A DNA stretch of 32,000 bases from assembly GCA_016432445.1 (NCBI GenBank), contig CP066689.1, positions 840,001 through 872,000 on the forward strand. Reading direction: 5' to 3'. The notes beneath the pieces were generated by a model that had not been told where the DNA came from, searched no databases, and saw nothing but the letters and a program-made list of their open reading frames with translations. Every line of letters starts with the position of its first letter. Position 1 is the first letter of the stretch. Shown piece by piece: positions 8,311 through 17,321 of this stretch. The position numbers and the translations under genes are program-made. The DNA comes from Candidatus Saccharimonadota bacterium. GTDB taxonomy: Bacteria; Patescibacteriota; Microgenomatia; UBA1406; GWC2-37-13.

Positions 8311-9260
8311 TAATCTCTGAATATATTATTACCGCCAAGACTTTCTTTAAATCTAGCCAAACCCCAGTTAGGTTCCATATTCACAGTAAACAAACCTAAA
8401 TCATAAAAATAATACCCTTTTTGACGGCACTCGTTCAAAATTTCATGAAAAAGCAAATTTAAAGGACGGTACGACTGATAATCGTTATCCTGACTAATAT
8501 AGAAAGCCAGCATTACTTTTTCATTACAAACAAAGTTTATAACTCCGGCTATTAATTTTTCATTCAAATAAGCACTTTTTAAACTAATCTTATCGGGAAA
8601 TAATTCTTTAAGTTTCAATAATTCCTCTAATGAATGTGTCGGATTAACATTATATTTTTTCATTAAATTTACCTTAAGAAGATTGTAAAAAGTAATAAAA
8701 TCATCCGAGTTTTTTGTTTTAATCTTTTTCTTTACTGCTTTTCTAAGCGCTGTCCTTGCCTCTTGTTTAAAAATATTACTAATATTTGTTTCTAATTTAA
8801 GACTAACAATGCTAGTTAACTCTCTCTTTTTTAAATAAAAACCATTTTTATGAAAAGCAAACTCAATATTGTTTGAAGGAAGTTTGTGATAAAGAATTGG
8901 AGGAGGAGTTATTTGCATTTTTTCACATCCAAGACGTGTCACGTATTTAATTAGCTCTTCCACTAATTTACATGTATTTTGAAGACTTAAGACTTTCTTG
9001 TGTACAATTCCTCCATAAGTAGCACCTGGATGAGAAGCAAAAATTAAATTTTTTCCTTCTTTCTTCAATACAGCTGGCATTACTGCAATTAGTTTATCAT
9101 CTTCTAAAAACAACAATGAGCAATCTTTGAAACGATTATTCGGATGATAACTTAAAAATCTTCTCATTTGAAAAATAGTGCCATTATTGGATTCCATAAT
9201 AAATGAGTCCCATAACTTACTCAAAGTTTCTGAAAAACGAAGCATTTTCATTTTTTTCAT
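8271..9260 (-). CDS. FemAB/GNAT-fold (Acetyltransf_6-like) acyl- or aminoacyl-transferase
   Basis: 329 aa. The N-terminal half reads ...WDSFIMESNNGTIFQMRRFLSYH...IAVMPAVL...HPGATYGGIV, a layout typical of FemX-like proteins found in polysaccharide loci. It is the last gene of the minus-strand operon. Its 3' end overlaps the convergent GT2 by 40 nt. Confidence 0.5.
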   Translation of the reverse strand: MKKMKMLRFSETLSKLWDSFIMESNNGTIFQMRRFLSYHPNNRFKDCSLLFLEDDKLIAVMPAVLKKEGKNLIFASHPGATYGGIVHKKVLSLQNTCKLVEELIKYVTRLGCEKMQITPPPILYHKLPSNNIEFAFHKNGFYLKKRELTSIVSLKLETNISNIFKQEARTALRKAVKKKIKTKNSDDFITFYNLLKVNLMKKYNVNPTHSLEELLKLKELFPDKISLKSAYLNEKLIAGVINFVCNEKVMLAFYISQDNDYQSYRPLNLLFHEILNECRQKGYYFYDLGLFTVNMEPNWGLARFKESLGGNNIFRDYYERRLSKQRLKI

Positions 9261-9266
9261 ATCTTT

Positions 9267-10115
9267 TCAGAACAAGATTTCTTCAATGGATAATTTTTTT
9301 TTAGTTTTCAATAAGATTACTCCATCTCCTACGCTAATAAGATAGTAACCTTTTACTTTAGCCAATACTTCACCAACTTTATTTGACAAGTAGCTCTCTT
9401 GAAACTCAACTCTTTCCTTTTTTCGGTTGAAGGCAAATGTATTAGGATAGGGAGATTTTAAAGCCCGGACCAAATTAAAGATTTCTCTAGCGTTGTTTTC
9501 CCAAATTATTTTACCATCTTCTTTGTTCCTTTTTGGGGCATAAGTTGCATTATTTTCATTTTGTTTTTTACCTTTTAATCTTTTTTTCACCTTAGATATT
9601 TTTTTAACAACTTGAACCAGCAATTGTGCGCCTAGTTTAACTAAAGCTTTTTTAACGGTATTTATATCATCGTAATTACTTAAAGGTATTGTTTTTTGTA
9701 AGAGAATATCCCCGGAGTCCATGCCTTCATCTAAGTAGTGGACAGTTACTCCTATCTGTTTTTCATCCCGAATAATAGCCCAGTTAAGCGGGTGGTAACC
9801 TCGGTATTTAGGCAATTCCCCAGCATGAACGTTGATTGAACCAAATTGCGGGTAAAATATTATATTTTTAGGAAAAATTTTTGGGAATGAAGCAACAATC
9901 ATTAAGTCTGGTTTAATTAATTTCATTTTAGTAAAAAGTACTTGTGAGGATTGATAAACTTCCAAATCGATATTCCGTCTATTACATAATTGCTGTATAC
10001 CTTTAACATCGTAATTTTTAGGTACAATAACAGAAACTATTTTGAACCTATTATTTAAAAGTTCCTTTAAACATTTGTATCCATTATCTCCCCAGCCAAT
10101 AAATAATATTTTCAT
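9267..10115 (-). CDS. Formyltransferase (ArnA N-terminal domain / sugar N-formyltransferase-like)
   Basis: It has INVHAGELPKYRGYHPLNWAI plus SGD, the Asn/His/Asp catalytic pattern of formyltransferases. A C-terminal Fmt-like subdomain is present (ATYAPKRNKEDGKIIW...LVRALKSPYP). It lacks the tRNA-Fmt PDxxxGRG motif. Confidence 0.8.
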   Translation of the reverse strand: MKILFIGWGDNGYKCLKELLNNRFKIVSVIVPKNYDVKGIQQLCNRRNIDLEVYQSSQVLFTKMKLIKPDLMIVASFPKIFPKNIIFYPQFGSINVHAGELPKYRGYHPLNWAIIRDEKQIGVTVHYLDEGMDSGDILLQKTIPLSNYDDINTVKKALVKLGAQLLVQVVKKISKVKKRLKGKKQNENNATYAPKRNKEDGKIIWENNAREIFNLVRALKSPYPNTFAFNRKKERVEFQESYLSNKVGEVLAKVKGYYLISVGDGVILLKTKKKLSIEEILF

Positions 10116-10122
10116 AAAATCA

Positions 10123-11064
10123 TTACGATAAAACCTCCAAAGCTTTTAAAGCCGGCATTACATTACTTATATCTGGCATATTTCTATTACGAAGAAAGTC
10201 GCGAATCTCTTCTTTAAGTGGTTCTTTCTTTGAGATAAAAATCTCTTTTTTTACTCCTTCAGACAATGAAATCAACTCAAAAAAATCTCCATCCGGTTTA
10301 ATTTGCATAATTTTATCATAAAGAGTTAGTTTTTGAAGTATGTAGTCAAGCTCGATAAAACCATCGGTACCTGTAACATAAAGTTTTCTCATTTTGATTG
10401 GTGTTATCCAGTTTGTTTGAATTAAACCTGAGGCATTTTTATATTCTAAAAGCAATGAAGCAGAGTCTGATATGTTTTTTTTGAAGATTTGATGCTTAAT
10501 AATTTTTTTGGTGTGAGGAAACTCATCTAGAAGATAATTGAAAACATCGATGTCATGAATAGCTAGTTCTATAGAAACATCAGAGCTTGGAAATGATGGG
10601 GGACTAATACCAACACGAACCGCCAGTAAGCTTATAATCATTCCTAATCTTTTTTCTTTGATTATCTTTTTAAGTTCGATTACAGCAGGATTAAAGCGTT
10701 CTATATGACCTACCATTAAAAATGTTTTGCTCTCTTTTGCCTTTTCAAGCATTTCCAATCCTTCATTAAAAGAGGAAGCAATTGGTTTTTCAACTAAAAC
10801 GGGAATTTTTTTTCTTAAACAGTCTATTGTAATATCTTTATGAAATTTTGTCGGCACCACGACAGACAATGCTTCTGGTTTCTCCTTTTCTATTAATTCT
10901 CTATAATCTTTATAGTAGTTAGTTTTAAATTTTTCTGCTAAAGGTCTGCCTATTTCAGGAAGAATGTCGGCGATACCCACAAGTTGAGATATTTCACTAT
11001 AGACTCGTGCGTGATTTTTTCCCATATTCCCAGCACCAATTACTGCTGTTTTAATATTCTTCAT
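10123..11064 (-). CDS. Gfo/Idh/MocA-family NAD(P) oxidoreductase (WbpB/GnnA-like nucleotide-sugar dehydrogenase candidate)
   Basis: It has an N-terminal VIGAGNMGKNHARVY Rossmann motif and the VEKP motif. It sits 6-7 nt from both neighbours in the operon. Confidence 0.8.
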   Translation of the reverse strand: MKNIKTAVIGAGNMGKNHARVYSEISQLVGIADILPEIGRPLAEKFKTNYYKDYRELIEKEKPEALSVVVPTKFHKDITIDCLRKKIPVLVEKPIASSFNEGLEMLEKAKESKTFLMVGHIERFNPAVIELKKIIKEKRLGMIISLLAVRVGISPPSFPSSDVSIELAIHDIDVFNYLLDEFPHTKKIIKHQIFKKNISDSASLLLEYKNASGLIQTNWITPIKMRKLYVTGTDGFIELDYILQKLTLYDKIMQIKPDGDFFELISLSEGVKKEIFISKKEPLKEEIRDFLRNRNMPDISNVMPALKALEVLS

Positions 11065-11070
11065 ACTAAA

Positions 11071-13449
11071 TTATTTTAACGGTCTGAATCTTTTCCAAGG
11101 AAATATTAAGAAAATAAGGAGTGTAATTAAGGAGATTATTGAGATGTAAGCCCCCAAGTAAAATTTATCAGGTTGATAAACAAACTTTACCTCATGTTCA
11201 CCATCATCAAGAAAGACCCCTCTTAAAGCGACGTTAGTGCGATAAATCTCAACTGGCTTCTCATCCACATAAGCCTTCCATCCAGGATAATAAGAATCAC
11301 TTAAAACTAAGAAAGAACTGCCTTTACTGCTAGCTGAGATTTTTACTTGAGAGTTTTGATAATCTATTATCGTTGCCAGAGATTCAGATTTATTCAAAGA
11401 AAGTTTCGGCAATTGATCTGATGAAGCTACCACTGCTGATTCTCTCAGATTTAGAGTATCCATGAGGCTTAAGGCCTCTTCATCATTGGTAGTACTTTTA
11501 ACTTCCCCAACTAAATATACTCTAGGAAACCTATCAAGATTTTCGTAAGCATATACATTCGAACCAACAGGTATTATAGTCCCGTTAAGTTCTGTATATC
11601 GATTTTTATCTTTTTTTGGCATGAGGGAGGCGATTACCATTTTGATTTTTTTAGGCTCTTCTTTTTCTAAAGTTTTTGTCGTAATAATATAACTTACTCC
11701 CAAAAGATCAAGAACTGGTGAATTAAAATCAAAATGAGCAGCAGTTTGATTAAAATAATGGGTCATTAAAGTGCTGTAATAATTAGAATAAAAGCCATAA
11801 TAACCATCAAGTTGGTATAATTTTTCAGCAGATGAATTGTAACGAAGACCTGACTCAAGAAAGTAAGCCCTGCTATAATCTTCATTTATTTTATCATCTA
11901 ATGAACTGATAATTTCGCTTTTTGTATTAAAAACTCTAGGATCTAATTCTGAATTCGTTTGTGGATAACTACTGTTTAACGTAAAAAGATCAAAAAGAAT
12001 TATCAAAACTAAAAATACTTTAAAAAATCTTGATGGCTGTACATAGAAATACTTAATTAAAATAACACTCGATCCAAGCACTATCAAAGGAATTAATGAA
12101 AAACGAATCATTTCAGCAATTGTCCCTTGGTTGGGAACAGGAGGAACAATTGCCTTTAGGATGAATAATCCAAACCAAAATAAAGAAAAAGCAATAAAAA
12201 TCTTTTTAATTTGACTATTAACTATCTCAAAGCTAATTTTTCTATTCTCTAGAATATTAACTCCAATAGCAACTAAAATAGCTAAACCGAATGTAACAAT
12301 GTAATTTAAGAAGGCAGGTCTTCTCATACTGTCATAAAGAGGTACTATTTTATATATTAACGAATGCAAAAAAGTCAGATTCCCCAATGAGAGCACAAGG
12401 AAGAAAAAACTGATAACCACAAAAAATTTAACGTAACTTTTATTCGAGTATTTTAACGCTAAATAGATTAAAAATAATGACAAAATACCAACATAACCAT
12501 AAACATTACCGCTATCTTTGACACCGTAAAAATAAGGAACAAAATAGTTTAAAATACCCTCAACTGTCGTATTGTAATAACCAGCGCCAACTACATTGTA
12601 AATTTGTCGAGCAGCCAAATTTGCTTGTTCCATGTTTGGCAGTAATACGACCGCTGACAAAAAAATTGCTGTTAGATGTGTAATAAATAAAAAACCAAAT
12701 GTTGTAATGAATGTTTTTAAATTTTTAGCAAAAAAGTAGAAAATTACTAAACTAATAAATATACTGTTGTAGATAAATAATGGAGAATAACCTGATAAGA
12801 GTACTAAAGCTGTAGCAAATCCAGCCAAGATAGCTCTCCTAAAAGAATTTTTCTCTAAAGCTGTCCAAAGGAAATAAAGCTGTAAAGGAAGAAAAGCTAC
12901 TCCAGTAGAAGGGTAAATATAAATAACCAAAAAAATGAATGCACCGCTAAAACCATATATTATTCCAGCAACAAAAGAAGAAAAACTGCTTAATTTTAGA
13001 CACCGTTTAACAAAGAGGTAAGTAAATATACCGGCTAAACTCATATGAAATAACGGAAAGTACGTAATAAAGAAAAGATAATATTTAGAGGAGAAAAAAC
13101 TTGAAATAAAATAAAACAAAAATTTTATCGGATAGAATAATCCACTACGATCTACTGCACCTACCCAAGGCATTCCTAGAAGACTGTAAGGATTCCAAAA
13201 AATTGAAGATATTGACTGGCTGCCTTTTATTATATCTTGAAAAATATGCACTCCATAAACAAAATCTGGATAATAGCTACCATCAAATTCTGCATCAAAA
13301 AATACTAAACTAATATTAGAAAGATCCAAATTGCGCCAAAACGCAATAAAAGGAAAAATAAAATAAGGAAGGATTATTAAAATATAGAAATGTTTAGTAT
13401 AGAGAAAATTAAAGACTTTGATAATAAACCGTTCAATTGTTTTTACCAT
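11071..13449 (-). CDS. YfhO-like GT-C-fold membrane glycosyltransferase
   Basis: 792 aa. A polytopic N-terminal portion covers most of the first ~490 residues. The first loop is acidic (FFDAEFDGSYYPDF). The extracytoplasmic C-terminal domain reads DSYYPGWKAYVDEKPVEIYRTNVALRGVFL...VKFVYQP and is followed by a terminal TM anchor, an architecture characteristic of YfhO. Confidence 0.7.
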   Translation of the reverse strand: MVKTIERFIIKVFNFLYTKHFYILIILPYFIFPFIAFWRNLDLSNISLVFFDAEFDGSYYPDFVYGVHIFQDIIKGSQSISSIFWNPYSLLGMPWVGAVDRSGLFYPIKFLFYFISSFFSSKYYLFFITYFPLFHMSLAGIFTYLFVKRCLKLSSFSSFVAGIIYGFSGAFIFLVIYIYPSTGVAFLPLQLYFLWTALEKNSFRRAILAGFATALVLLSGYSPLFIYNSIFISLVIFYFFAKNLKTFITTFGFLFITHLTAIFLSAVVLLPNMEQANLAARQIYNVVGAGYYNTTVEGILNYFVPYFYGVKDSGNVYGYVGILSLFLIYLALKYSNKSYVKFFVVISFFFLVLSLGNLTFLHSLIYKIVPLYDSMRRPAFLNYIVTFGLAILVAIGVNILENRKISFEIVNSQIKKIFIAFSLFWFGLFILKAIVPPVPNQGTIAEMIRFSLIPLIVLGSSVILIKYFYVQPSRFFKVFLVLIILFDLFTLNSSYPQTNSELDPRVFNTKSEIISSLDDKINEDYSRAYFLESGLRYNSSAEKLYQLDGYYGFYSNYYSTLMTHYFNQTAAHFDFNSPVLDLLGVSYIITTKTLEKEEPKKIKMVIASLMPKKDKNRYTELNGTIIPVGSNVYAYENLDRFPRVYLVGEVKSTTNDEEALSLMDTLNLRESAVVASSDQLPKLSLNKSESLATIIDYQNSQVKISASSKGSSFLVLSDSYYPGWKAYVDEKPVEIYRTNVALRGVFLDDGEHEVKFVYQPDKFYLGAYISIISLITLLIFLIFPWKRFRPLK

Positions 13450-13542
13450 TTAAATAAAGTCCAGTATATAGTAGAAGATATATCAATTCAACTGATCTTT
13501 ACAGGGTAATCAAAAGGAGTTGGTACAGAAAGGATAGAATTT

Positions 13543-14198
13543 ATGGATATGTACCAACTAAATCAAATACCAACAGAAACTCAGTTTAAAAAATATTTAA
13601 TTAAAAACAGTTTTTGGAAAACAAATCAATTGTCCAGTGTGTAAATGTAGGCAGACATATGCAGTTCAAGGAAGATATCGATGTAGGAAATGCAGATTGA
13701 GATTTTCGCTCCTGTCTCATACCTGGCTTAACAATATGAAGTTGCCATTACAACAGTTTTGGTTAATCTTATGGTGCTGGACGACACAGGCACCAGTAAG
13801 ACAAACAGAATCGTTCTCTCAGTTGTCCAAGGTAACAGTACGTCATTGGTTTGATGAGTTTAGGTCTCATTTGCCCTTTAAGCCGGAGGTATTGGAGAGA
13901 ATGGTACAATTAAGCATATTTTGGAGGGAGAAATGGAAAAGCCTTAATGTTGGCTAAAGAGGTAGGGACAAGAAAACTTGCCTACCAAGTGATTCCAAAC
14001 ATACTAGATCACTCAAGAGACATTCACAAGAAGTTTGGAGTTTTACGCACTTTTATCAGAAAAATGTATCATCATGTGACGGTTGCCAAGTTGCCCGAAT
14101 TAGTGGGAGAATTCTGTTACAGATTTTCCCACCCCGAAGTCTTTAGTTCACCACATGAGTACTTGCTAAACTCATTACGTCTTATGCCAACTCGTTAA
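13543..14198 (+). mobile_element. Decayed IS1595-family (ISXO2-like) transposase gene: at least two frameshifts and loss of the DDE core
   Basis: There are three consecutive frame fragments. The first is MDMYQLNQIPTETQFKKYLIKNSFWKTNQ. The second carries the zinc ribbon, CPVC...YRCRKCRLRFSLLSHTWLNNMKLPLQQFWLILWCW. The third ends ...EFCYRFSHPE, which resembles the usual C-terminal E-F-x-F-R-F-N-H-R motif. The roughly 100-aa catalytic middle is missing. My hand GC counts here are 38-45% per 60-nt line. Confidence 0.7.
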
Positions 14199-14239
14199 GA
14201 ATACCCTCTTTACCATAGATTTTTATGATTAAAATCATT

Positions 14240-15097
14240 TTAATCTTGCAGTTTAACATTTCGAAAAAGACAATCCATCACAGGCATTTTTCCTATGCTT
14301 GTATCATCATAATTTCTAAATCCTATTAACTGAAAATTGAACTCTGATGAATATAGCTGAGACATTAGGGAAGAAAGTGTATAATTTCGATTGTCTTCAA
14401 CAGTAATCTCTATAAATAAAAAATTTGTTTTTGCTAAAGTTTTAGCTGCTCCTTTAAGCACTAAATGTTCAAATCCTTCAACATCTATTTTCAATAAATC
14501 AATTAACTTAATTTTATTTTTCGCAATAAAGTTATCAAGAGTCTCAACGACAACCCCTATTTTCCCTTTATTATCAAAGTGACTAACAGAGGATTGATCA
14601 GGATTAAATGACATTTTTGCTACGCCTTGCTTATCAGATAAAGCAATCTTCTTTGTTTTTGTTTTTTTATCATTTTGAAAATTAAGTTCCAAACATTTAT
14701 AAGTTTCAGGAATGGGCTCAATACTGTATATTGCTGAATTGGGATAAAGTTCTCTTATAAGTTTTGAAAAAAAACCAACATTTGCACCAACATCAATAAC
14801 TAAAGAAAGATTTTTTATCTCTGCCAAGTTAAGAAGATATTGGTGACGAGCTAAAATACTTTGATAGCCTGCGATTCCGTAAGGCGAATCATAAAATATT
14901 TTTTGCCCATAAAGATTTGCATAATCATCACCTATTTTAAATTTTTTAAATGGCCGCATAATCAACAAACTGTACTTAATTAAATAAAACATCATTTTTT
15001 TTGATAAAGACCATTTTGAAACAACAAATAATCTATAATCTAAGGTAAGTGATTGTTTTATAAACCAATAAATGTTTTTCATATAAATGTTTTTCAT
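14240..15097 (-). CDS. FkbM-family SAM-dependent methyltransferase
   Basis: Motifs are VIDVGANVGFFS, ...IYSIEPIPETY... and KIDVEGFEHLVLKGA. The ATG overlaps the upstream TGA (ATGA). A second in-frame ATG lies 15 nt downstream. Confidence 0.8.
   Translation of the reverse strand: MKNIYMKNIYWFIKQSLTLDYRLFVVSKWSLSKKMMFYLIKYSLLIMRPFKKFKIGDDYANLYGQKIFYDSPYGIAGYQSILARHQYLLNLAEIKNLSLVIDVGANVGFFSKLIRELYPNSAIYSIEPIPETYKCLELNFQNDKKTKTKKIALSDKQGVAKMSFNPDQSSVSHFDNKGKIGVVVETLDNFIAKNKIKLIDLLKIDVEGFEHLVLKGAAKTLAKTNFLFIEITVEDNRNYTLSSLMSQLYSSEFNFQLIGFRNYDDTSIGKMPVMDCLFRNVKLQD
15068..15097 (-). repeat. Perfect 2 x 15-bp tandem duplication that includes the FkbM start codon (ATGAAAAACATTTAT x2)
   Basis: The plus strand at 15068-15097 reads ataaatgtttttcat ataaatgtttttcat. 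The protein therefore begins MKNIYMKNIY. Confidence 0.9.
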
Positions 15098-16056
15098 AAA
15101 TCATCAATTTGAACTCCAGCCTTATACCATTCAATTGTTTTTAATAATCCCTGTTCAAGAGTAAATTTTGGCTCCCAATCAAGCAGTTTTTTTGCCTTAT
15201 CAATAGACACATACTGTTTATTTATTTCTTGTTTTCTCACTATCTTTGTCGCAACTGGAGTTATAGTTGAACCATAGTATAATTTAATAATCTTTTTTAT
15301 TATTGTGGCATTACTATAATGTTTACCTGTCCCAAAATTAAATATGATATTATCTGATTCCTTTTTTAAATCTTTTAGCTTTTCAGCGAGCATAATATAG
15401 GCATCTATAGCATCATCTATGTATAAATAGTCTCTGGTTGTTCTATCGTAAAAGATCTCAGGTCTTTTATTTTTCATTAATAACTGAATAGTTCGTGGTA
15501 CGATGCGGACATTATTGTCTCCATAGCCGTAAGTATTTACAAACCTGGCGATGGCAATCGGTAAATCATAATAAGAAGCATACGTTTGGGCAATCATATC
15601 AGCACAGGCCTTAGAAGTTTCATAAGGTCTTGAGGGTCTAGGAAAATATTCTTCTAAAAATGGAAGGATATTTTTTCCATATACATGCGAAGTAGAGGCA
15701 ACAATAATACCTTTTAAATTATTATGTCTTGCAGCTTCAAGTATATTCCATGTTCCTTTAATATTAACTTCAAATGTAGTAGTCGGATCATTACTTCCGA
15801 CATCAACAATAGGCTGTGCAGCTAAATGAAAACAAAAATCAAAATTATTTTTGTTAAAAAGCGTTAATATAGCTTCTTTATCACTTATATCGACTACAAT
15901 AACATTTAAGTTTAGGTGTTCTTTTTTAAATGAACTATGATTACTTAATGCATAAACTGTTCCATCTAATTCTAGAAGCTTCCTAACTAAAGCCTTCCCA
16001 ATAAAACCAGTAGCGCCTGTTACCAATATTTTTTTATTTTTCCAAAAGTTACTCAT
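15094..16056 (-). CDS. Extended-SDR NAD-dependent nucleotide-sugar epimerase/dehydratase (the N-terminus resembles CDP-glucose 4,6-dehydratase)
   Basis: Motifs are FWKNKKILVTGATGFIG and the YETSK catalytic YxxxK. It has ATGA overlaps with both neighbours. Confidence 0.8.
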   Translation of the reverse strand: MSNFWKNKKILVTGATGFIGKALVRKLLELDGTVYALSNHSSFKKEHLNLNVIVVDISDKEAILTLFNKNNFDFCFHLAAQPIVDVGSNDPTTTFEVNIKGTWNILEAARHNNLKGIIVASTSHVYGKNILPFLEEYFPRPSRPYETSKACADMIAQTYASYYDLPIAIARFVNTYGYGDNNVRIVPRTIQLLMKNKRPEIFYDRTTRDYLYIDDAIDAYIMLAEKLKDLKKESDNIIFNFGTGKHYSNATIIKKIIKLYYGSTITPVATKIVRKQEINKQYVSIDKAKKLLDWEPKFTLEQGLLKTIEWYKAGVQIDDL

Positions 16057-17054
16057 TTTAGTTTTCTTATAAATCCTTTAATTGTTGCCAATCCATAAAT
16101 ATATAACATCACCCAGCACATAAATGGATGTATAAACCAAGCATAGTCCTTTATTTTCATCCAACCTCTAATACTATCAAATATCGGTTTAATTAACGTT
16201 ATAGTATATATTATATAAAGAACCAGTTTTAATGAATCTTCTGGGTAAAAAACACTGTATCTTCTTGCTGAAAAATTTTCCAGGTAATACTGATCCACAA
16301 ACTGTTTTCTTCTTTTGATAAAGTTAAAAAACTTGCTGTTTGTCAAATGAATAATATCATCTTTTATAAAGGCATACTTAGTGTATCCAAGTTTTACAAG
16401 ATCTACATTAATATCTATGTGGAAATATTGTTCTGGTTCGTGATTTGATTTTTCAAAGTATGTTTTTTTAATAAGAAAACCATTCGCTCCTAATGTTGGA
16501 ATTTTCCTGGGTTTATTACGATCAAATTCAACAAGATAGTAGTCTCCGCAATCACATGATTTACCAATAAGAGCATACTTATCTTGAATATAATCTTGCC
16601 TATCAGCTTTTCCTAGATAATAGGGAACCGGATCATTAACACCAAACAATGCAAAATATCGATCAAGAGCTGTCAAATCCTTATCGTAATGGTATCTAAG
16701 CGTCTCCGTAGCAACAATATTTTGATTTTCCAGATGTGGTTTAAGCATTTTATTTAGCCATTCTTTATGGGGAAGAATATTGTCATGATCAATGCATAGT
16801 ATATATTGACCCTTTGCATATTGTAGTCCGTAACCTTTATTGTACTCTGCAGATTGACTTGAAGTAGGAACATTAATTATTTTCGCACCGTAATTTTTTC
16901 CTATTTTTTGTGTGTTGTCTGTTGATCCTCCATCGGCAAGTATTAGCTCAATTTTTTCCTGCGGGTAATTCTGAACACGTATTGAATTTAAAGTTTTATC
17001 CAGCGTTCTTTCGGAGTTAAATGTAGCGATCACAACAGAGATTAGTTTATTCAT
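16053..17054 (-). CDS. Family-2 glycosyltransferase with a C-terminal membrane segment
   Basis: It has the canonical motifs ISVVIATFNSE, LADGGSTDNT and IDHD (DXD). The C-terminus is hydrophobic (WFIHPFMCWVMLYIYGLATI). Confidence 0.8.
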   Translation of the reverse strand: MNKLISVVIATFNSERTLDKTLNSIRVQNYPQEKIELILADGGSTDNTQKIGKNYGAKIINVPTSSQSAEYNKGYGLQYAKGQYILCIDHDNILPHKEWLNKMLKPHLENQNIVATETLRYHYDKDLTALDRYFALFGVNDPVPYYLGKADRQDYIQDKYALIGKSCDCGDYYLVEFDRNKPRKIPTLGANGFLIKKTYFEKSNHEPEQYFHIDINVDLVKLGYTKYAFIKDDIIHLTNSKFFNFIKRRKQFVDQYYLENFSARRYSVFYPEDSLKLVLYIIYTITLIKPIFDSIRGWMKIKDYAWFIHPFMCWVMLYIYGLATIKGFIRKLK

Positions 17055-17146
17055 GGCAATTTAAAGTACTCCAATTTTAACATCTCTTATTACCATCATC
17101 AATCTTGTGTGTAGAACCTTACGTAGAGAAGTCAGCTTGTGTATTC

Positions 17147-17174
17147 TTGTCACTGTCTTAGATTTGGATATAGT
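17147..17174 (+). promoter_or_regulatory. Candidate sigma70-like promoter (TTGTCA-16 nt-TATAGT) upstream of the ask remnant and the long plus-strand operon
   Basis: The hexamers were read directly. There is no other long intergenic region before 17427. A chance occurrence in AT-rich DNA is quite possible. Confidence 0.2.
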
Positions 17175-17189
17175 AAAATAAATAAGTAT

Positions 17190-17321
17190 ATGATTATCAT
17201 GAAATTCGGAGGTGCTTTACTTTCTACAGCCGCAGCAATTCTTCACACCTGCCGGATAATCAGATCTTACCGAACCAAAAATAAAATCGTATTAGTCGTT
17301 TCTGTAAAGTGCAACGCATGA
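17190..17321 (+). pseudogene. Truncated 5' remnant of a second aspartate kinase gene
   Basis: MIIMKFGGALLSTAAAILHTCRIIRSYRTKNKIVLVVS... aligns with the ask N-terminus, with 23 of the first 38 residues identical by hand alignment. The first 27 nt differ at 4 positions, all synonymous third positions. The frame stops after 43 codons and no rest of the gene follows. Confidence 0.65.

Noticed and set aside
13480-14215. Terminal inverted repeats or target-site duplication for the IS remnant (tctttac occurs on both flanks; acagggtaat versus the reverse complement agagggtatt)
   Set aside because: The matches are short (7-10 nt) and imperfect, and are easily explained by chance. The element's ends cannot be defined without an intact reference copy.
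14225-14238. AT-only palindrome atgatt-aa-aatcat between the convergent IS remnant and the FkbM gene, considered as a bidirectional terminator
   Set aside because: The stem is 5-6 bp with no G/C pairs and a 2-4 nt loop, which is too weak to call an intrinsic terminator.
14391-14582. 63-aa plus-strand ORF inside the FkbM methyltransferase gene
   Set aside because: It is antisense to a gene with clear FkbM motifs and has no start context or motif of its own.
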